Source of the DNA: an uncultured Coxiellaceae bacterium
GTDB lineage: Bacteria; Pseudomonadota; Gammaproteobacteria; Coxiellales; Coxiellaceae
NCBI GenBank assembly: GCA_963922495.1
Contig: CAWUIH010000001.1
Coordinates: 53,268 to 117,267, forward strand
DNA length: 64,000 bases
Reading direction: 5' to 3'
Shown here: positions 1-8,773 of the stretch, one piece after another
Numbering within the stretch: the first letter of the stretch is position 1
Layout of the letters: each line of letters begins with the position of its first letter
The notes under the pieces: generated by a model
Databases searched by the model: none
What the model was told of the DNA's origin: nothing
What the model saw: the letters and a program-made list of their open reading frames with translations, nothing else
Translations under genes and position numbers: made by a program

Positions 1-705
1 ATTATTCGAGGATAGCGAGGCTCGATTAATCGTATGGGGTGTTGTGGTGATAATATTCTTTATGCCATTAAATCCCAGGTGATATTTTTGACTGGTTCTT
101 TGTATAGTAAGTCCGTTTTCATCAATTGTAGTGACGTGAGTATTCGGAGCAATAATTGATCCAGGTGCAACTGTAATGTATTGGCCATTTAAAAGTAAGG
201 TTGCATTGAATTTACTGTCTTGTTGACCGATATATGTTAATTTGATTTTATTTAACATATTGGGTTTGATGGTAGTTGTTGATGTGGATTCAACGGCTAT
301 CCCATGACCAACCAAACTTGCAGTTTTCTTATTGATTGTTACAATTCGCTCCCTAGCACTAGCAATAGCTACTTTTTCTTCAAGTAACTGACGTTGTATT
401 TTTGCTATTTGATATTCATTAACTAGTTTTAAATATTCTGCTTGATGAGTGACAATGTGATCACTATTTTCAGGAATCGTTTTTGGTAATCGTTTTGTAG
501 TGGTGGATTGCGATTGTGGTTGATTTGAAATGGGTGCAGTTTTCATAGTAACTGTTCTCTCAGAATTTAAACTTCTGGGTTTTGGATCTGGAGTGACGGC
601 ATCATTATCTGAACAAACTAGTTGATATACTTGCCACCCAAGTAAAATGAGAACGGTGATAGTAAGAATTAGTAAAAAGGTTTGTCTCTTATCAATTTTG
701 ATCAT
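1..705 (-). CDS. Type IVb pilus assembly protein, PilP-like (R64/ICE nomenclature); 3' end runs off the window
   Basis: I translated the minus strand myself from the ATG at 705, which overlaps the stop of the upstream ORF (ATGA at 702-705). It stays open for 235 codons to position 1. The protein has an N-terminal anchor (MIKIDKRQTFLLILTITVLILLGW), a coiled-coil stretch (EYLKLVNEYQIAKIQRQLLEEKVAIASARE) and a beta-rich block (LTYIGQQDSKFNATLLLNGQYITVAPGSII) like PilP C-domains. It sits directly after the pilN/pilO-like genes. Confidence 0.45.
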   Translation of the reverse strand, partial: MIKIDKRQTFLLILTITVLILLGWQVYQLVCSDNDAVTPDPKPRSLNSERTVTMKTAPISNQPQSQSTTTKRLPKTIPENSDHIVTHQAEYLKLVNEYQIAKIQRQLLEEKVAIASARERIVTINKKTASLVGHGIAVESTSTTTIKPNMLNKIKLTYIGQQDSKFNATLLLNGQYITVAPGSIIAPNTHVTTIDENGLTIQRTSQKYHLGFNGIKNIITTTPHTINRASLSSNN

Positions 706-1949
706 GATTTTCCCCATAGTGATAGTTGAATTTTTCCTTTAATATTTCCTGATTGTAGTTTGAGTGATAAATATTCAATGCTTATTGGTAACTTATTAAC
801 AGTCTCAGCAATAAGCATTAAAATCTGTGGCGAAGCATCGTCTAAATCAATAGTGATTTTCGCGTATGAGAGCTTACGCCCTTTTTTAATTTTATTTATT
901 TCAAGGTGTTTTCCATAGAGTAATATATCTAATTTATCAATAATGTTATCGAGTAGATCTTGAAGTGGTAATGATTTGTAAAAGGAGGAACTTGGTCGAA
1001 ATTCAAGAGGAGATTTTAGTATTACTTTCTTTGGAGTAAGTTCATAGTTAATTTTTTTATCTCGTGCCCAATGATGTAACGCTGTCAAATCAGCTCCAAG
1101 AGAGTAAACGGCTATGGTGAACTGGTTATGAGAGAAGCCGATAGATTTTGCTTGCCAGCCAGGTAAGTCATACATCAGCCGCAATAACGTTACCGTTTTC
1201 TCAAGGACATACTTCGCTGGTGGCGACAACATATTGTATCTTTCATATCTATTAATTGTAATTTTAGTCAATGAATTAATTGATTTTATGGGAAGTGTTT
1301 TTTTCTTATGAGTAATAATAAATAAAAAAGCACATGAAATTAAAATGCAAACAGTCAATAATGAAAGAATTGAAAAAGAATGAGAGTTTAATTGTTGTGA
1401 CTTTAAAGCTAACGGAAGTTCTAAAAGCTGCAACGATCTCAATGCTGGTAGTCGTGGAAACAATGGTTTTTCTAAATGCTCAAAGCAGTCAAGTAAATGA
1501 TTTGGTAATGAAAAATTTGTACTGTTGGATCGACTAATCAGTGGCTCATTTCCCGAAGTGACAACTTGATATTTCTCCTTTCCAGAAAATACCGACAATA
1601 ATTCTGTTTTGATGTTTTCTGAAGAAATAATATTGTCAAGGTATACTGACCCACCGCGAATCACTACTAGCAAGTATTTTTGCTGTTGTGATAGGTGTTC
1701 ACAAAAAATGAGATTTTGTGCGTGATTAAAGTAATGTTTAATACTTTCTCCAAGCAAAAAACCTGATTTTGTGGAAAATACTGCCTCATATCGAGCATGC
1801 CCTTTTTGGGAAAGATGCACGAACTTACCATGTTGTTGGGCAAGCATATTAACTTTTTTGGCAATCAGAGTTTTTTTCTTGCCAATTAACAATTCTCGGT
1901 AGGCATGAATTACAAATTGTGAGCCATCATCTCTTTGTATCATAAACAT
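702..1949 (-). CDS. Type IVb pilus assembly protein, PilO-like (bitopic inner-membrane component)
   Basis: 415 aa with a single central TM segment (FSILSLLTVCILISCAFLFIITH) separating two soluble halves. It is tightly coupled to the secretin gene upstream (4-nt gap) and to the PilP-like gene downstream (ATGA overlap). The size and position match PilO of R64-type clusters. The assignment rests on synteny and topology, not on a recognised motif. Confidence 0.4.
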   Translation of the reverse strand: MFMIQRDDGSQFVIHAYRELLIGKKKTLIAKKVNMLAQQHGKFVHLSQKGHARYEAVFSTKSGFLLGESIKHYFNHAQNLIFCEHLSQQQKYLLVVIRGGSVYLDNIISSENIKTELLSVFSGKEKYQVVTSGNEPLISRSNSTNFSLPNHLLDCFEHLEKPLFPRLPALRSLQLLELPLALKSQQLNSHSFSILSLLTVCILISCAFLFIITHKKKTLPIKSINSLTKITINRYERYNMLSPPAKYVLEKTVTLLRLMYDLPGWQAKSIGFSHNQFTIAVYSLGADLTALHHWARDKKINYELTPKKVILKSPLEFRPSSSFYKSLPLQDLLDNIIDKLDILLYGKHLEINKIKKGRKLSYAKITIDLDDASPQILMLIAETVNKLPISIEYLSLKLQSGNIKGKIQLSLWGKS

Positions 1950-1953
1950 AAGA

Positions 1954-3477
1954 TCAACTGCTGTGTAAGATTAGTGGTGTGATTAAAACTAAAGTTTCAA
2001 AATTACTATTTATAATGTCTTTTTTCTTCAAAGAAGAAATACCAGACAAGCTTGCGCTGGAGACTTTATTATGAATTTTTTTATAGTCTGCAATAATCAG
2101 GGTAGATCCAGAACGCACGACACTTCTTTGGTTGAAAGACTTTTGAGTTGGTGCGGGAACTTGAATTTTTTGTGACTGGCTATCTTTTTTATTTTCAGGG
2201 TTGGAATTACTGATTTTCTCAAGTCGTTCTAAATTAGCTAAGGTGCTAGAAATTTGCATGTATACTTTGTTTTTTTGAATTTTAGGTAGAATGTATAATG
2301 TTAATCCGTCGCTTGCTGAGTCTGTTTTGATAGCCGTGGTGAGAAAGTTTTCACTTTGAGATTGAGTGATACTGTGTATATAGCTAACATTTTGGGTGAT
2401 ATGCAGTGAGGCAATTCGATTATTCGTCGTCACTAGTTCAGGTTCTGTGATAGCCTGTACCTTGCCTTGTAAATTGAGTGCTGAAATTACTGCTTGCGAA
2501 CCATTTCTAAATCCAATTCTGGGTTGTGTGTGCGGAGATGAGCTATCTGTCAACGTCAGCATATTATAAGGTGCGTTTGTGGCTTGTGCGAAACTTCCAG
2601 ATAAATGAAATTGTGTTCTCAAAGTATTAGCGACCAAGTTCCAATCAATACCGTAATGGGTATTTCGATTTAAATGCACTTTCAATACTTGAATTTTGAT
2701 AGCAACTTGCTGGTTTAAGTGATAATTTAATTCAGAAATATATCGTGCGATCGCACGAACGATATCAGGGCGATCATGAACTGTGACACTTGCGGTCGAT
2801 TTAGAGACGATCACATTACCTTGAGACGATTTTAATTGATTTAAAGTGTTGCGTAAATCTTGCCACGGCGAGAGATTTCCACGCATATTAGAATACGGTT
2901 GGTTATTAAGTTGACCTGGTTGCAAGCTCTTAGCAGGGTCGTTATTGTTAATCTGCTTACTTTGATTATTCTGTTCATCAACCAAATGGTTTGAATTTTC
3001 AGGCATAAAAGAAATACTGAACGTGCGAGTTTCAAAAGCAGACCAATTGACGTTGTGTGAATGTGCACTATAGTAATAATTCGTTCGTTGTGCAATCGTA
3101 TTGAGAGCACCCTCTATGGTTCCTGCGTATTTGATACTAATTAACTGTTTTGGTGCAATGCTACGATCATAATGACTGTTGACACTGTATTTTACCAACA
3201 TATGTTGTATTAATAGATTGAATGGCATGGCGTTGGTTTGCACTCGAATTGGTTGTTTGAGCCATAGTGGTGTTTTATCGAGGGGAATTGGTTTGGAGTC
3301 AACATAATATCCTGTATTATTAACTATGGGTGGTGCTGTTGAAGATGCATTTGTTTTTAAACGGTTGATGTGCGTTGTGGTATCGGTAATTTTTTTATCT
3401 GTATTTTTGTAGGCAGTTCCAGTGCAGCCTAATAGTGCAGCAAAGCTAAAAAGCATCCCATATTTGAAAAGTTTCAT
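1954..3477 (-). CDS. pilN: Type IVb pilus secretin lipoprotein, PilN-like (BfpB/TcpC class)
   Basis: The likely start is M11 of the ORF (MKLFKYGMLFSFAALLGC), which has a lipobox (LLGC). The C-terminal block resembles a secretin domain (VTTNNRIASLHITQNVSYI...DGLTLYILPKI...RSGSTLIIADYKK...ETLVLITPLIL). The start lies 2 nt after the stop of the upstream small gene. Confidence 0.7.
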   Translation of the reverse strand: MKLFKYGMLFSFAALLGCTGTAYKNTDKKITDTTTHINRLKTNASSTAPPIVNNTGYYVDSKPIPLDKTPLWLKQPIRVQTNAMPFNLLIQHMLVKYSVNSHYDRSIAPKQLISIKYAGTIEGALNTIAQRTNYYYSAHSHNVNWSAFETRTFSISFMPENSNHLVDEQNNQSKQINNNDPAKSLQPGQLNNQPYSNMRGNLSPWQDLRNTLNQLKSSQGNVIVSKSTASVTVHDRPDIVRAIARYISELNYHLNQQVAIKIQVLKVHLNRNTHYGIDWNLVANTLRTQFHLSGSFAQATNAPYNMLTLTDSSSPHTQPRIGFRNGSQAVISALNLQGKVQAITEPELVTTNNRIASLHITQNVSYIHSITQSQSENFLTTAIKTDSASDGLTLYILPKIQKNKVYMQISSTLANLERLEKISNSNPENKKDSQSQKIQVPAPTQKSFNQRSVVRSGSTLIIADYKKIHNKVSSASLSGISSLKKKDIINSNFETLVLITPLILHSS

Positions 3478-3478
3478 A

Positions 3479-3853
3479 TTATTTAGTATCTCGTGATGTT
3501 GTAACAAGAATGTGATTCCTATAGTAAAAATTGGCTTGGATGGTGTAATTTATAAGAACTTTATTTAAAATATCATATAGACTTGTAGATGGAAAATGAA
3601 CTGTACCGTACCAATAAAAATCATTGGGCACTTCCCAAATAACACGTTGCCAACCAAATTGGTTGGCAAGATGGAATATATTTTTTTTCAATGACTCGGG
3701 GTAAATGATGTAACTTTCAGTGATAGCTATTGAGTGATATTTGGATTGCTGTGGTGGTGTGGGTGTTTTGATCATCGTCGTGCCTAATTTATTTGCAATA
3801 GCAAAATTGTTTGCAAATAAAGCTTTAAGTGGAAAAATAAGATTTATTTGCAT
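3479..3853 (-). CDS. Small secreted pilus accessory protein, PilM/TcpQ-like
   Basis: 124 aa with an N-terminal signal-like segment. The C-terminal block (LANQFGWQRVIWEVPNDFYWYGTVHFPSTSLYDILNKVLINYTIQANFYYRNHILV) resembles the TcpQ-type secretin partner domain. It lies immediately upstream of the lipoprotein secretin. Confidence 0.45.
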   Translation of the reverse strand: MQINLIFPLKALFANNFAIANKLGTTMIKTPTPPQQSKYHSIAITESYIIYPESLKKNIFHLANQFGWQRVIWEVPNDFYWYGTVHFPSTSLYDILNKVLINYTIQANFYYRNHILVTTSRDTK

Positions 3854-3856
3854 AAT

Positions 3857-4132
3857 TTATTCCTTACTAGAGAGTCCAAATACAACTAGCGAATATCGCC
3901 AGCGATAGTGAGCATAATGATTATTTCTATGAGTCGACATGCGTAAGAATTGTTGTTGACACACCTTTTTTCTATAGCGATTTAATTTTTGTTTTGGAGT
4001 ATTGTGTTCTGGTATTAGTTGGTGATCAAAACTAGGTGCATCTCGACTCATGACGCTAGTGCCTATTTGCTGATGATGCAATGATTGCAGGGCAGATACT
4101 ATAAGCAATATAAAATAGTTCAATTGAGTCAT
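3857..4132 (-). CDS. Hypothetical small protein; may start at the internal ATG at 4051
   Basis: Its stop is 3 nt from the PilM-like start, which suggests translational coupling. The 5' 77 nt overlap ORF 4056..4553. An internal Met at 4051 would remove that overlap. It may be the C-terminal fragment of a broken pilL-like gene. Confidence 0.3.
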   Translation of the reverse strand: MTQLNYFILLIVSALQSLHHQQIGTSVMSRDAPSFDHQLIPEHNTPKQKLNRYRKKVCQQQFLRMSTHRNNHYAHYRWRYSLVVFGLSSKE

Positions 4133-4712
4133 TTTTTAATTGATTCGCTACAGTTGCCAGAATACGTATATTGTAGCACCCGTTGATACCAATTTGATAT
4201 TGTGTGTTGGCGTGTATGTAATAGTATCGAAAATCATTTTTATCGTAAGGTGTTTCTACTGCTGTTGGGTCTTGAGCTGCGCTAGCGTTGGGTAATTGCG
4301 CTCTCAGATCTGTGCTAGTAATTATTCTTTGATGTTTATTCAGTAGTATAATACGCATTGTGGCCCAGGGTAGTGATTCTGATCTAAAATAATCGTGATC
4401 CTCCCAATAAAGTTTATCCCTTAAATTAGTCGGAATATTTTTATTTGGCAAAAAATACTGAATAGAAATGTCTTGTGCTATATTTTCAGCTTGGTAATCT
4501 GGTGAGGATGCATTCCCCGTTGGCCAATTATTTTCAATGGTGTGATAAGTCATTGCCGTCTTTAGAATGTGCTATATTTTCAGTGCGGCTCCGATCAATG
4601 CTTTGTGCTTTTGCAGATTGATGGGTGGTGGTTGAGGCCACCATGATCCACTTATAGGCAGCAGTACGATAACAAGTAAAAGCTTAAGTAATGTATAGCC
4701 GCATGTTTTCAT
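4056..4712 (-). pseudogene. Possible disrupted gene at the pilL position: a signal-peptide segment separated from the body by an in-frame TAG
   Basis: A minus-strand ATG at 4712 opens MKTCGYTLLKLLLVIVLLPISGSWWPQPPPINLQKHKALIGAALKI. An in-frame TAG follows at 4572-4574. Six codons later the same frame continues as the 165-aa ORF 4056..4553. A further frame change is needed to join the 3857..4132 ORF. Confidence 0.3.
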
Positions 4713-5037
4713 GGAATGCAATAATGATGCGTCGCCAGTTGTTTTGTTTACGACTGTTTTCTAAATGCTGGAAAACTTTCCTTGTCTTGTTTAATACCCA
4801 AAGTCTTTTTTGGATTCCCAAGAACTTTCCTTTATAGGTGTTTAATACGCCATCGATTTTAACTATATAATTGCTAATAATTTGGAATGAAATTCGTTTA
4901 TGGTGGCGTTGGTGATATCTTATTGCCATAACACCTGCGTAGGTGATGATTACAATTATTAATATTGTGTTCATGAGGCGATTGCCCTGCTTTTGATACG
5001 ATGGAAACACAATTTTTTCCTTCAGGAGCCTTTGCAA
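4684..5037 (-). CDS. Hypothetical small membrane protein
   Basis: The ORF starts at a TTG at 5037. An internal ATG at 4974 gives MNTILIIVIITYAGVMAIRYHQRHHKR, a single TM followed by a basic tail. I recognise no family. Confidence 0.3.
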   Translation of the reverse strand: MQRLLKEKIVFPSYQKQGNRLMNTILIIVIITYAGVMAIRYHQRHHKRISFQIISNYIVKIDGVLNTYKGKFLGIQKRLWVLNKTRKVFQHLENSRKQNNWRRIIIAFHENMRLYIT

Positions 5038-5251
5038 CTAGCAAGCATAATAGAAATCAAATGATAATACTATATCTTATTTTTCAGATGATTAACCGAA
5101 GGAAAATTAATTTTTTTTTAAGTGTCAGTGTGCAATACTGACGTTGATGCCGCATATTTCAAATATCAAAGTGAATGCGTCGATTATTAAAAAAATATTA
5201 CCAACTGCCTGTTATGAATTCAAGAAAACTTTGTTGTAATTGGTGGTGACA

Positions 5252-5414
5252 CCTGAAAAAAGCAGTTGGATCACAATTTTTGGCATAACATCTTGATTCA
5301 TTTTGCCATATAAAAATTCTTCTCATCACCAATAAGGTGACGTTGGCAATTTTTATTACGCGATCTCAATCAACCTGTTACACCATTTAGTTGTGTTTAA
5401 CGGCTTTTTCTAGG
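5252..5414. repeat. Full-length copy A of a ~163-bp MITE/REP-like element with terminal inverted repeats
   Basis: The ends are cctgaaaaaagcagttgg ... aacggctttttctagg. The reverse complement aligns along its whole length with 60385-60546, sharing blocks such as ttgattgagatcgcgtaata, gagaagaattttt, atgaatcaag and aaattgtgatcca. There is a central short hairpin (gtcac..gtgat). Confidence 0.8.
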
Positions 5415-5605
5415 TTAAATTGCAGTACTTACAACCTATTTTTGAGTTTATTTCCTAGTATAGTCTTGATCTAATATTGAAAATCATGTTGATTAAATTG
5501 GAGTTCAGGACTGCTTGTTTTATTTAAATGAACGTTGATTGGGTTTTTAAAAGGATGTGGTCACAATGCGTGCTGCACTATATGGGATATCAAAACTAGC
5601 TATAA

Positions 5606-6160
5606 CTAAAGAATTTCAGAATCTTGCATATGTTGATGAAAATTATTTAATATATCGCGGTAAAAAATGATATTTTTTTCTGAGAGGTTTGTTAACGTAT
5701 TTTGCAACGTCATTTCGTGAAGTTTGCGTTGATCTTCTGAGCCAAATTTCGCAATAATACGATTACATCGTGCTAATTTTTCTGAAACCGCATCCGTTAG
5801 CTTTTCACTAGCTAATAGTTGTATTGCCTGAACTAAGGCGCGAGAGGCCTTTTGTGAGCGGTGTATGACTCTATTATGTTCGATTTCATAGTTTTCTAAA
5901 AAAGCTTTTAGGTGTTGTGCAAAATTTTCGACTCCAGAATAAGAATAGTATCCGGCAGTATTATCATACAAATTTGATTCGATGTCGGTCACAATTGCAT
6001 AACCAGTGTGATAGAGAGCAATCTCATTTTCATATAGTTGTGGATTTTTTAAGTGTAGTTGGTTTAATTTGCTGATGCGTTCTGCTTGAGGTAGGTGTTT
6101 CCTAAGCATTTGTCGGTAAATGCTAATAGATTGTTTCATTGTTTCGATAAATACAGACAT
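5606..6160 (-). CDS. Hypothetical protein (orphan, predicted all-helical)
   Basis: 184-aa ORF flanked by long non-coding gaps of about 190 and 360 bp. No recognisable motif, signal peptide or TM segment. Confidence 0.45.
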   Translation of the reverse strand: MSVFIETMKQSISIYRQMLRKHLPQAERISKLNQLHLKNPQLYENEIALYHTGYAIVTDIESNLYDNTAGYYSYSGVENFAQHLKAFLENYEIEHNRVIHRSQKASRALVQAIQLLASEKLTDAVSEKLARCNRIIAKFGSEDQRKLHEMTLQNTLTNLSEKNIIFYRDILNNFHQHMQDSEIL

Positions 6161-6519
6161 TTAGCGTTCCCTCCTTGTTGTTTTTTTCAACAGATACTTG
6201 CCATTTTACTCCGACAACCTTAAGAAAATATGAATTCTTTAAGTTTTATGTCTTTGTATCGTTTTTTAGTGGATTAGTTTGTCGGTAGGTGTTACGTGCG
6301 ATAAGACATCATATGTGTGGTAAATGCAATGGAGGCTGTCTAAATTGAGATTATATCACTAGCTAAATATGTTTTGGGTGCTTTGCTTGTTAATAGCGAG
6401 TATCGCGCTGGCCTCAACATAGCAGTAGAGAAGCCTACTCACCTAATGCCGAAGAAATAAATTGTTACGCGCTGAGCGGCTCTGTTGCATTTACTGGTGT
6501 CTAGTCTGTAGTACAATGC

Positions 6520-7056
6520 TTATGAGTTAATTGAGAATGAATGATTTTGGTTTTGATGGAGTTTGCGCCTCACTTTTAGTTTCCAAACCATCCAGATCAA
6601 AAAGACGCCGATAATTTTGCCGACTGTCATCATCAACCACTCTATACTGCCTAGACGATGAGCGATGCCTAAAAAAACTAAGCCATCGATGGGTGCGCTG
6701 ACTGTCGCTGAGAGTATTAAGCGTTGAGACAGCGGCTTGCGGGTGAAAGTGAAGATGGCCCAATCAAATACTTCCCCGACACAAAATGCAGAAACACTGG
6801 CCAATGCAATGGCTGGATCAGCAAGTAAATAGCTTAAAATTGTGCCAATGAGCATTGCTGCGAAGATGTAGTGTTTGATTTCGCGCTGTGCAAAATCTCG
6901 CACCAGGTAAATACTGCCGACAAATAGGTCGGCAATAGAAAAGTGTTGTCCAAAAGCGGCAACTCCCGGTAAATACACCACGGCACAATTCAGCAGTACA
7001 ATCATCATGATGTAGGCGATGGTTGCAATGTAAGCTTTTGATTTAAAGATTATCAT
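6520..7056 (-). CDS. VUT-family (DUF165/YhhQ-like) membrane transporter, possible queuosine-precursor transporter
   Basis: 178 aa and polytopic. The motif SIYLVRDFAQREIKH and the overall hydrophobic pattern resemble short VUT/YhhQ-family proteins. Confidence 0.55.
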   Translation of the reverse strand: MIIFKSKAYIATIAYIMMIVLLNCAVVYLPGVAAFGQHFSIADLFVGSIYLVRDFAQREIKHYIFAAMLIGTILSYLLADPAIALASVSAFCVGEVFDWAIFTFTRKPLSQRLILSATVSAPIDGLVFLGIAHRLGSIEWLMMTVGKIIGVFLIWMVWKLKVRRKLHQNQNHSFSINS

Positions 7057-7152
7057 AATGCGTGCTTATATTATCACGAGCAGCCTGATAATAGAACTTG
7101 TGCAAACGGCACAACTTGACTACATAGCAAACATTCTTTAGTGTCGTTAATC

Positions 7153-7722
7153 ATGAGTACACATTTTCTTTGGGCGCTGCAGCCCACCATTTCATTTGAT
7201 AAACAATACCCTTACCGGCGTAATTGGCTAATGCATTCAGGTTCTTTGACGCAGCGTCTTCGTTACGCAACTCAACACCTTATCGAGCATCGATTACTAT
7301 CTGAAGAGGAACGCACACCACTTCCGCAAGAGGCCGCAGTACTTAATATCCCATCATCTGCCTTAGCGCACATTCGAGAAATTGACTGGTGGATGGGTGA
7401 AGATTGCTATGTTGCCGCACGAGTGGTCGTTCCTCAGACAACTATTGAGCAAACCGGCAGTCTGTTATTAGCACTTAAACATCGCCCTTTGGGGGAAATA
7501 TTGTTTCAAGACCCGCACTTACTTCGCAGTCCGCTACAATTTTGTTGCATTTCGTCGCAGCACCCCTATCATGCACGAGTTTTCGACTATTTGCCCCAAG
7601 GAATATGCACTGTCTGGGCACGACATTCTGTATTTTACCTACGAGGTTTTCTGCCGTTGCTTGTTGTGGAGATATTTTTACCTCAATTGTTTACGCTGAA
7701 ACCGTATGACGCAATTGCGTAA
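7153..7722 (+). CDS. ubiC: Chorismate pyruvate-lyase
   Basis: UbiC-like blocks are present (GSLTQRL, WIREI-type AHIREIDWWMGEDCYVAARVVVP, RPLGEILF, EIFLP). It overlaps ubiA by 17 nt. The ATG at 7153 is preferred over the GTG at 7141. Confidence 0.75.
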   Translation: MSTHFLWALQPTISFDKQYPYRRNWLMHSGSLTQRLRYATQHLIEHRLLSEEERTPLPQEAAVLNIPSSALAHIREIDWWMGEDCYVAARVVVPQTTIEQTGSLLLALKHRPLGEILFQDPHLLRSPLQFCCISSQHPYHARVFDYLPQGICTVWARHSVFYLRGFLPLLVVEIFLPQLFTLKPYDAIA

Positions 7723-8569
7723 CAAGTGGTCGTTATACTGGCGTTTGATGCGGTTTGATAAACCCATTGGAATTTTACTGCTGTTATGGCCAAGTCTGTG
7801 GGGTTTATGGTTGGCGGCGCGTGGTATACCACCAGCTAAACAGTGGATTATTTTCATGATAGGTGTGGTTGTGATGCGTGCAGCCGGATGTGTGGTCAAT
7901 GATTTTGCCGATCGAAAATTCGACCGACATGTGGGTCGAACTCAAGATCGCGTATTGACTTCTGGTAAAGTAAACGCAAATGAAGCTTTAATACTATTTA
8001 CGTTATTGTGCTTTATTGCACTGATACTGGTGCTTTGTTTGAATCGATTTGCAATGCTTTTGTCACTGGTGGCGTTGGTGGTAGTCATCGTTTATCCATT
8101 TTTGAAGCGCTTTACCTATTTACCCCAATTAGCGCTGGGGTTTGCGTTTTCTTGGAGTATTCCGATGGCATTTGCAGCGATTCAGAATCAGATTCCATTG
8201 CAGGCTTGGATTTTATTTGTGGCTGCGTGGTTATGGCCTATCGCTTACGATACCCAGTATGCAATGGTTGATCGTGAAGATGATAAAAAAGTTGGTATCA
8301 AATCAACAGCATTGTTGTTTGGCTATTATGACATTTGGGTTATTTTATTAATACAGGGGATATTTGTTGCGTTACTTATTAGTTTGGGAATTTACCTCAG
8401 TTTTAATCCAGTTTACTTTGTGGGTGTTGTGACTTCGATTTTATTATTTTTATATCAATTGGTTATAACGAAGTCGCGGCAGCCCCAAGCTTGTTTCCGC
8501 GCATTCTTAAATAATAATTGGGTCGGGCTGCTGATTTTTTTAGGTTTTTTTGGTGCATTTTTTCTATAA
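7706..8569 (+). CDS. ubiA: 4-hydroxybenzoate polyprenyltransferase
   Basis: Has the UbiA signature (NDFADRKFDRHVGRTQDRVLTSG) and a second Asp-rich motif (YDTQYAMVDREDDKKVGIKS). The protein is polytopic. Confidence 0.9.
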   Translation: MTQLRNKWSLYWRLMRFDKPIGILLLLWPSLWGLWLAARGIPPAKQWIIFMIGVVVMRAAGCVVNDFADRKFDRHVGRTQDRVLTSGKVNANEALILFTLLCFIALILVLCLNRFAMLLSLVALVVVIVYPFLKRFTYLPQLALGFAFSWSIPMAFAAIQNQIPLQAWILFVAAWLWPIAYDTQYAMVDREDDKKVGIKSTALLFGYYDIWVILLIQGIFVALLISLGIYLSFNPVYFVGVVTSILLFLYQLVITKSRQPQACFRAFLNNNWVGLLIFLGFFGAFFL

Positions 8570-8773
8570 TCACGACAAGGTGCTTATTTATTGATTATGA
8601 AACAACAGCTTGTACAATGCATTAGCTTTCTGTACAAATGGTGAAAATGTCTTATTTTTCTACTCTTGGCTATATTTTTATACCATGTCGAGAACAATAG
8701 ATTTACAATATTGTTATTTATTTTCAAGAGTTCACCCAAATCAGGTAGTGAATTGAGAGATATAAGGTTGGTT

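Noticed and set aside
1334-3110. Short ORFs nested in the pilO/pilN-like genes (1334..1537 +, 1667..1864 -, 2841..3110 -)
   Set aside because: They are fully embedded in longer, better-supported ORFs, have low-complexity AT-driven compositions and lack independent signals.
7057-7140. A preQ1 or other riboswitch upstream of the VUT/YhhQ-like transporter
   Set aside because: The gap shared with the divergent ubiC promoter is only about 84-95 nt. I could not find the conserved preQ1-I/II core or a convincing hairpin or pseudoknot.
8666-8773. 36-codon N-terminal extension of TolC in the ORF track (also the 8584..8832 minus ORF)
   Set aside because: The extension (MAIFLYHVENNRF...) has no signal-peptide character. 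The Met at 8774 starts a textbook signal peptide ending in AQA. The minus ORF overlaps the promoter and 5' end and has no support.
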